DNA of 64,000 bases, taken from assembly GCA_903821745.1 (NCBI GenBank), contig CAIJMI010000004.1, positions 152,404 through 216,403 on the forward strand. The letters are read 5' to 3'. The position numbers and the translations under genes are program-made. Source of the DNA: Candidatus Gottesmanbacteria bacterium (lineage in GTDB: Bacteria; Patescibacteriota; Microgenomatia; UBA10105; UBA927). The notes beneath the pieces were generated by a model. That model was not told the DNA's origin. It ran no database searches and saw only the letters and a list, made by a program, of their open reading frames with translations. This document shows, one piece after another, positions 59,932 to 64,000 of the stretch; the stretch's first letter is position 1, and each line of letters begins with the position of its first letter.

Positions 59932-60267
59932 TCATGTTTTTGGTGAAGAGGTAGAGTGGGAGAAAAGGCGAAGTATAGAGAGACAACAGATAAAAAGAAG
60001 AATTCCATAGATTGGGTGACGAAGATTAAAGGAGCGAAGAAGAAAATACATCACGATGCTGCCAGAAACAATAAGGGACTGTTTTAAATCCGCAAAAATA
60101 TAAAGACAGAGAGTAATGCTAAGGCCAAACAAAAAAGTATAAAACAAAATAAAACGAACAAAGGTATCAGGAGGAAAGGAAACGATAAACCAGGAAAGAA
60201 TGGAAAGGAAGACAACGGCAAGAAGTAAAAAACCGATATTTCGTTTCTTCGTAAAAAACTCACGCAT
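59932..60267 (-). CDS. Small 4-TM membrane protein
   Basis: Hydrophobic ORF; TACAAT 6 nt before ATG. Confidence 0.6.
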   Translation of the reverse strand: MREFFTKKRNIGFLLLAVVFLSILSWFIVSFPPDTFVRFILFYTFLFGLSITLCLYIFADLKQSLIVSGSIVMYFLLRSFNLRHPIYGILLFICCLSILRLFSHSTSSPKT

Positions 60268-60316
60268 ACTCATATTGTAACGTGAACGGGGCAATGTTAG
60301 AATAGCCCTTACGAAT

Positions 60317-61336
60317 ATGGATACACTGCCAATCCTCATCATTGTCCTCATTTTAGGAATTATTTTTATTGTCTATATTTTAAAAACCGAACTATCAAAG
60401 CTTCAAAAGCCGACTGAAAACGCAGCACTAACGCAATGGCTGCAATCTATGCAGGCAACGATTGAGCACACAAATAAAACACTTAATGAAGCAATGCGCG
60501 GTCAAACAGGGGACGTATCACGACTGTTACAGGCAAACTCGAGAGAACTGAATGAACGGTTGGATGCAGCAACACATGTCATTGGCGATTTGAAACGGAA
60601 TTTAGGGGAGATGTCAGAAGTTGGAAAAGGTATCAGGAGTCTCCAAGAATTTTTGCAGTCACCGAAACTTCGGGGAAATATTGGTGAGCAAGTATTATCA
60701 GATATGATCGGTCAGACATTTCCAAAAAACGCCTTTCATTTACAATACAGCTTTCGTTCAGGACAAAAAGTTGATGCCGTGTTAAAAACGGATGCAGGAC
60801 TTCTCTGTATTGATTCAAAATTTCCGATGGAAAATTTTGCCCTTATGCATAATGGGGAAACCGAAAAAAATCGCGCTGACGCAAAAAAGGATTTTATCAG
60901 TGATGTGAAAAAACATATCACCGATATTGCGAAAAAATATATTTTGCCAGAAGAAGGGACCATGGATTTTGCGCTCATGTATATTCCGTCGGAATCTGTC
61001 TATTACGATATTGTGAATAATGAAGCGCTTATGGAAATAGCACGAAATGCTCGTGTATATTGTGTCTCCCCAAATACGCTCTATGCACATTTACAGGTAC
61101 TCCTTCTTTCCTTTCAAGGAAAAGAAATGGAAAACAGGACGAAAGATATATTTCGGCTTCTCCGAGCAGTGCAGAAAGACTATGAAAAAATTGACGAACA
61201 TTTAGGAACGCTTGGCAAACACGTGACAAATGCGTACAACAGTATGAACAGTGTTTCTTCTGGATTTGCAAGCCTCGGACAAAAGCTTTCCAGGTCAAAA
61301 GAAATAGACGCGCCTGAAGAAAAGAAGCTCGCGTGA
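60317..61336 (+). CDS. rmuC: DNA recombination protein RmuC
   Basis: TM, coiled coil, RGNIGE, IDSKFP, KYI.P..GT.DFA.M..PSE. Confidence 0.93.
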   Translation: MDTLPILIIVLILGIIFIVYILKTELSKLQKPTENAALTQWLQSMQATIEHTNKTLNEAMRGQTGDVSRLLQANSRELNERLDAATHVIGDLKRNLGEMSEVGKGIRSLQEFLQSPKLRGNIGEQVLSDMIGQTFPKNAFHLQYSFRSGQKVDAVLKTDAGLLCIDSKFPMENFALMHNGETEKNRADAKKDFISDVKKHITDIAKKYILPEEGTMDFALMYIPSESVYYDIVNNEALMEIARNARVYCVSPNTLYAHLQVLLLSFQGKEMENRTKDIFRLLRAVQKDYEKIDEHLGTLGKHVTNAYNSMNSVSSGFASLGQKLSRSKEIDAPEEKKLA

Positions 61337-61349
61337 TATACTTTCTATC

Positions 61350-62606
61350 ATGCTCCACCAAGTAAAACATAAGATTGCGAGTTTCCTTCCGGCTTTAAAA
61401 TCACCAAATTACCGGTTATTTTTTATTGGTCAAGGAATCTCATTGGTCGGATCTTGGATGCAGTCAGTTGCAGAACAATGGTTAGTGTATCCTGTTTTAA
61501 CTTCAAACAAATCACTTCTTGGAATAATTAGTGCCGTAAATATGGTTCCCACGCTTATTTTTGTATTGTTTGCCGGAGTGCTGGTAGATCGCATGAATAA
61601 ACGGAAAATGTTTATTGCATTTCAAATTGTGTATTCAGTTGTCGCATTTGCACTGTATATTTTAATTGTGACAAAACACATTCAACTCTGGCACATATTC
61701 GGTGCGGCAATTGTCGGAGGAACTATTTTTGCCTTTGAAAACCCAACACGTCAAACATTTATGATGGAGTTGGTGGAGAAAAAATATTTACCTTCCGCAA
61801 TGTCACTTTCCTCAGCACTGTTTAATAGTGCACGTGCCATAGGTCCAGCCGTTGCTGGAATTGTGATTGCTACACTTGGAATTGCTCCTGCGTATTTATT
61901 AAACAGCATTAGCTTTTTTGCAGTTATCACCAGCCTGTTTTTAATGAAGTTTCCACCTGTTATTCCTGAAAATAAACCGGGCGCACCATTTTTCTCCGGG
62001 TTGAAAGAAGGGATAGGGTATATTAAACAAAATAAAATTTATGTAGCGATTCTTGCAATCGTTGGAACCATGACATTTTTTTCCTGGCCCGGATCAACCC
62101 TCCAACCGGTATTTGCACATGACATTTTTAAAAAAGGTGAAGTGGGATTTGGTTTTATTCAAAGTACTTTTGGAATTGGAGCTATGATTGGAGGATTAAC
62201 ATTCGGAAAAATTTTTGAGAAGTTAAAAAGAAAACATAGATTATTGTTTTTAGCCGTTGGTATAACTGTTATTACCATGATGGGCTATGCATGGGCACCG
62301 TGGTTTTGGTTTGCACTTGTTATGCAGGGAATATCTGGATGGGCAATATCGACAGTATATGCAATTTGTGGAACTCTGATGATCATTGCGGTTCCCGGAG
62401 AGCTCCGTGGGAGAGTCTCCAGTATTTATACGTTTGTCTTCATGGGGTGTATGCCGTTCGGAGCAATTCTAGCAAGCGTATTTGTTATCAGCTTGGGTCC
62501 AAGACTGATTGTTACGTTGTGTGCAATAAGTATTGGTATGGTCATAAGTACGTTTGTACTTTTAATGAAGGGTAAGTTTCAAGCAAAAATTGCGACGATG
62601 GTATAA
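61350..62606 (+). CDS. MFS transporter (MFS_3-like)
   Basis: NYRLFF.GQ.ISL.G.WMQ, P.RQ, AR.IGPA.AG, RGRV.S. Confidence 0.9.
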   Translation: MLHQVKHKIASFLPALKSPNYRLFFIGQGISLVGSWMQSVAEQWLVYPVLTSNKSLLGIISAVNMVPTLIFVLFAGVLVDRMNKRKMFIAFQIVYSVVAFALYILIVTKHIQLWHIFGAAIVGGTIFAFENPTRQTFMMELVEKKYLPSAMSLSSALFNSARAIGPAVAGIVIATLGIAPAYLLNSISFFAVITSLFLMKFPPVIPENKPGAPFFSGLKEGIGYIKQNKIYVAILAIVGTMTFFSWPGSTLQPVFAHDIFKKGEVGFGFIQSTFGIGAMIGGLTFGKIFEKLKRKHRLLFLAVGITVITMMGYAWAPWFWFALVMQGISGWAISTVYAICGTLMIIAVPGELRGRVSSIYTFVFMGCMPFGAILASVFVISLGPRLIVTLCAISIGMVISTFVLLMKGKFQAKIATMV

Positions 62607-62617
62607 TAGCGATATTA

Positions 62618-64000
62618 ATGAAGCAGACATCTTCTGATAAAAGAATTTTAAACACAGAACAGAAAAAAGCAGTAACCTTTGGGAAAGGCCCACTCCTTAT
62701 TATTGCTGGCGCTGGCACTGGGAAAACAACAGTCATTTCAGAGCGTATTCAGTATCTCATTGCTTCTACAAAAGCATTGCCTCAGGAAATTTTGGCACTC
62801 ACCTTTACAGAAAAAGCCTCACGGGAAATGGAAGAGCGTGTGGATTTAACTATGCCGTATGGAACGACACAAATGTGGATCTCAACATTTCATGCATTCT
62901 GTGATCGAATATTGAAAAATGAAAGTCTAGCCATTGGGTTAAACCCAAATTTTAAACTCATGGGAGAAGCGGAAAGTATCCAATTTTTTACCCACCATTT
63001 ATTTGAATTTGAACTGTCATATTTTCGTCCACTCGGAAATCCAACGAAATTCGTTTCCGGTATTTTGCAGCATTTTTCAAGACTGAAAGATGAAGATGTA
63101 AGTCCCGAACAATATATGCATTGGGTGAAAAAAGGTGAAAAGACTGCAAAAAGTCCGGAAGAACGGGAAGAGAATAATAAATATCTGGAACTTGCAAAAG
63201 CGTATTTAAAATATGAAGAGCTCAAAATAAAAGAAGGACGTGCTGATTACGGAGATCTTATTGCGAATACCTTAAAAGTATTTAGGACCCGCAAAAAAAT
63301 TTTATCCCAATATCAAAAACAATTTAAATATATTCTCATTGATGAATTTCAGGATACCAACTTTGCACAAAATGAACTTGCCGTTCTTCTAGCAGGAACA
63401 AAACAAAATATTACCGTGGTTGGGGATGATGATCAGGCGATATATCGTTGGCGCGGTGCTGCAATTTCAAATATCGTTCAATTTCGAAAACATTTCAAGA
63501 AAGCGAAAATTGTTGTTTTAACAAAAAATTACCGTTCAACGCAGGAGATACTAAACCGCTCCTATGATTTGATACAACATAATAATCCAGACAGGTTAGA
63601 GGTTGTTGAAAAAATAAATAAACGGCTGGAATGCACAAGAAGAGTAAACGGGCAAAGTGTTGTGGTATTAAATGCAGAACGCGTTGAGGACGAAGCAGAG
63701 TTGGTAGCAAAGGAAATTGTAAAACTTAATAAAGATAATCTATCGTGGAAAGATATTGCCATTTTAGTCCGCGCAAACGCGCACGCAGAACCGTTCGTTC
63801 GGGCGCTCACCAGGGCCGGTATTCCACTACAATTTTTAGGTCCAGGTCAATTGTTTCGGCAGCCGGAGGTAAAGGATATCATTGCATATTTGAAACTACT
63901 GTATAACATTCATGACAGTGTCTCTATGTACCGCGTCCTTACGATGGATATCTTTAGTGTTTCACCAAGGGATGTAGCTGAAATTGTGTCTTGTGCCAAA
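62618..64000 (+). CDS. UvrD/PcrA-family helicase, runs off window end
   Basis: LNTEQ, AGAGTGKT, LTFTEKA, TFHAF, IDEFQDTN, VGDDDQAIYRWRGA, NYRST (read from DNA; absent from ORF track). Confidence 0.93.
   Translation, partial: MKQTSSDKRILNTEQKKAVTFGKGPLLIIAGAGTGKTTVISERIQYLIASTKALPQEILALTFTEKASREMEERVDLTMPYGTTQMWISTFHAFCDRILKNESLAIGLNPNFKLMGEAESIQFFTHHLFEFELSYFRPLGNPTKFVSGILQHFSRLKDEDVSPEQYMHWVKKGEKTAKSPEEREENNKYLELAKAYLKYEELKIKEGRADYGDLIANTLKVFRTRKKILSQYQKQFKYILIDEFQDTNFAQNELAVLLAGTKQNITVVGDDDQAIYRWRGAAISNIVQFRKHFKKAKIVVLTKNYRSTQEILNRSYDLIQHNNPDRLEVVEKINKRLECTRRVNGQSVVVLNAERVEDEAELVAKEIVKLNKDNLSWKDIAILVRANAHAEPFVRALTRAGIPLQFLGPGQLFRQPEVKDIIAYLKLLYNIHDSVSMYRVLTMDIFSVSPRDVAEIVSCAK

Overview
Gene-dense, AT-rich bacterial chromosome segment (standard code, TGA = stop). 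The gene content resembles Patescibacteria/CPR, probably Microgenomates (inference): tandem class A PBPs, short PGK, archaeal-type cytidylate kinase, VirD4-like ATPase, PEGA/SH3 and Pro/Thr-rich surface proteins. The first ~17 kb look accessory: two-component system, P-type ATPases, ECF sigma cluster, SET protein, decaying genes and a dispersed TTCGAA-bounded repeat. The rest is mostly housekeeping (uppP, pgk, gap, nrdR-nrdJ, idi, tsaD, groES-groEL, metG, tatD, rmuC, partial UvrD/PcrA). Highlights: (1) a B12 salvage/use module, with NrdR-boxed nrdR-nrdJ-pduO followed by two minimal cobalamin riboswitches, one before a DUF4430 + DUF6580-type uptake pair and one before an unrecognisable 542-aa gene; (2) a rare tRNA-Ile(UAU) with a non-canonical T-loop, lying between an AUA-rich HTH/LAGLIDADG-like gene and an idi start codon 1 nt past its discriminator base; (3) pervasive leaderless-gene architecture; (4) a P1B ATPase with CADD in place of CPC. 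No CRISPR array, rRNA, integrase or transposase was recognised. All family calls are by eye, with no database searches.
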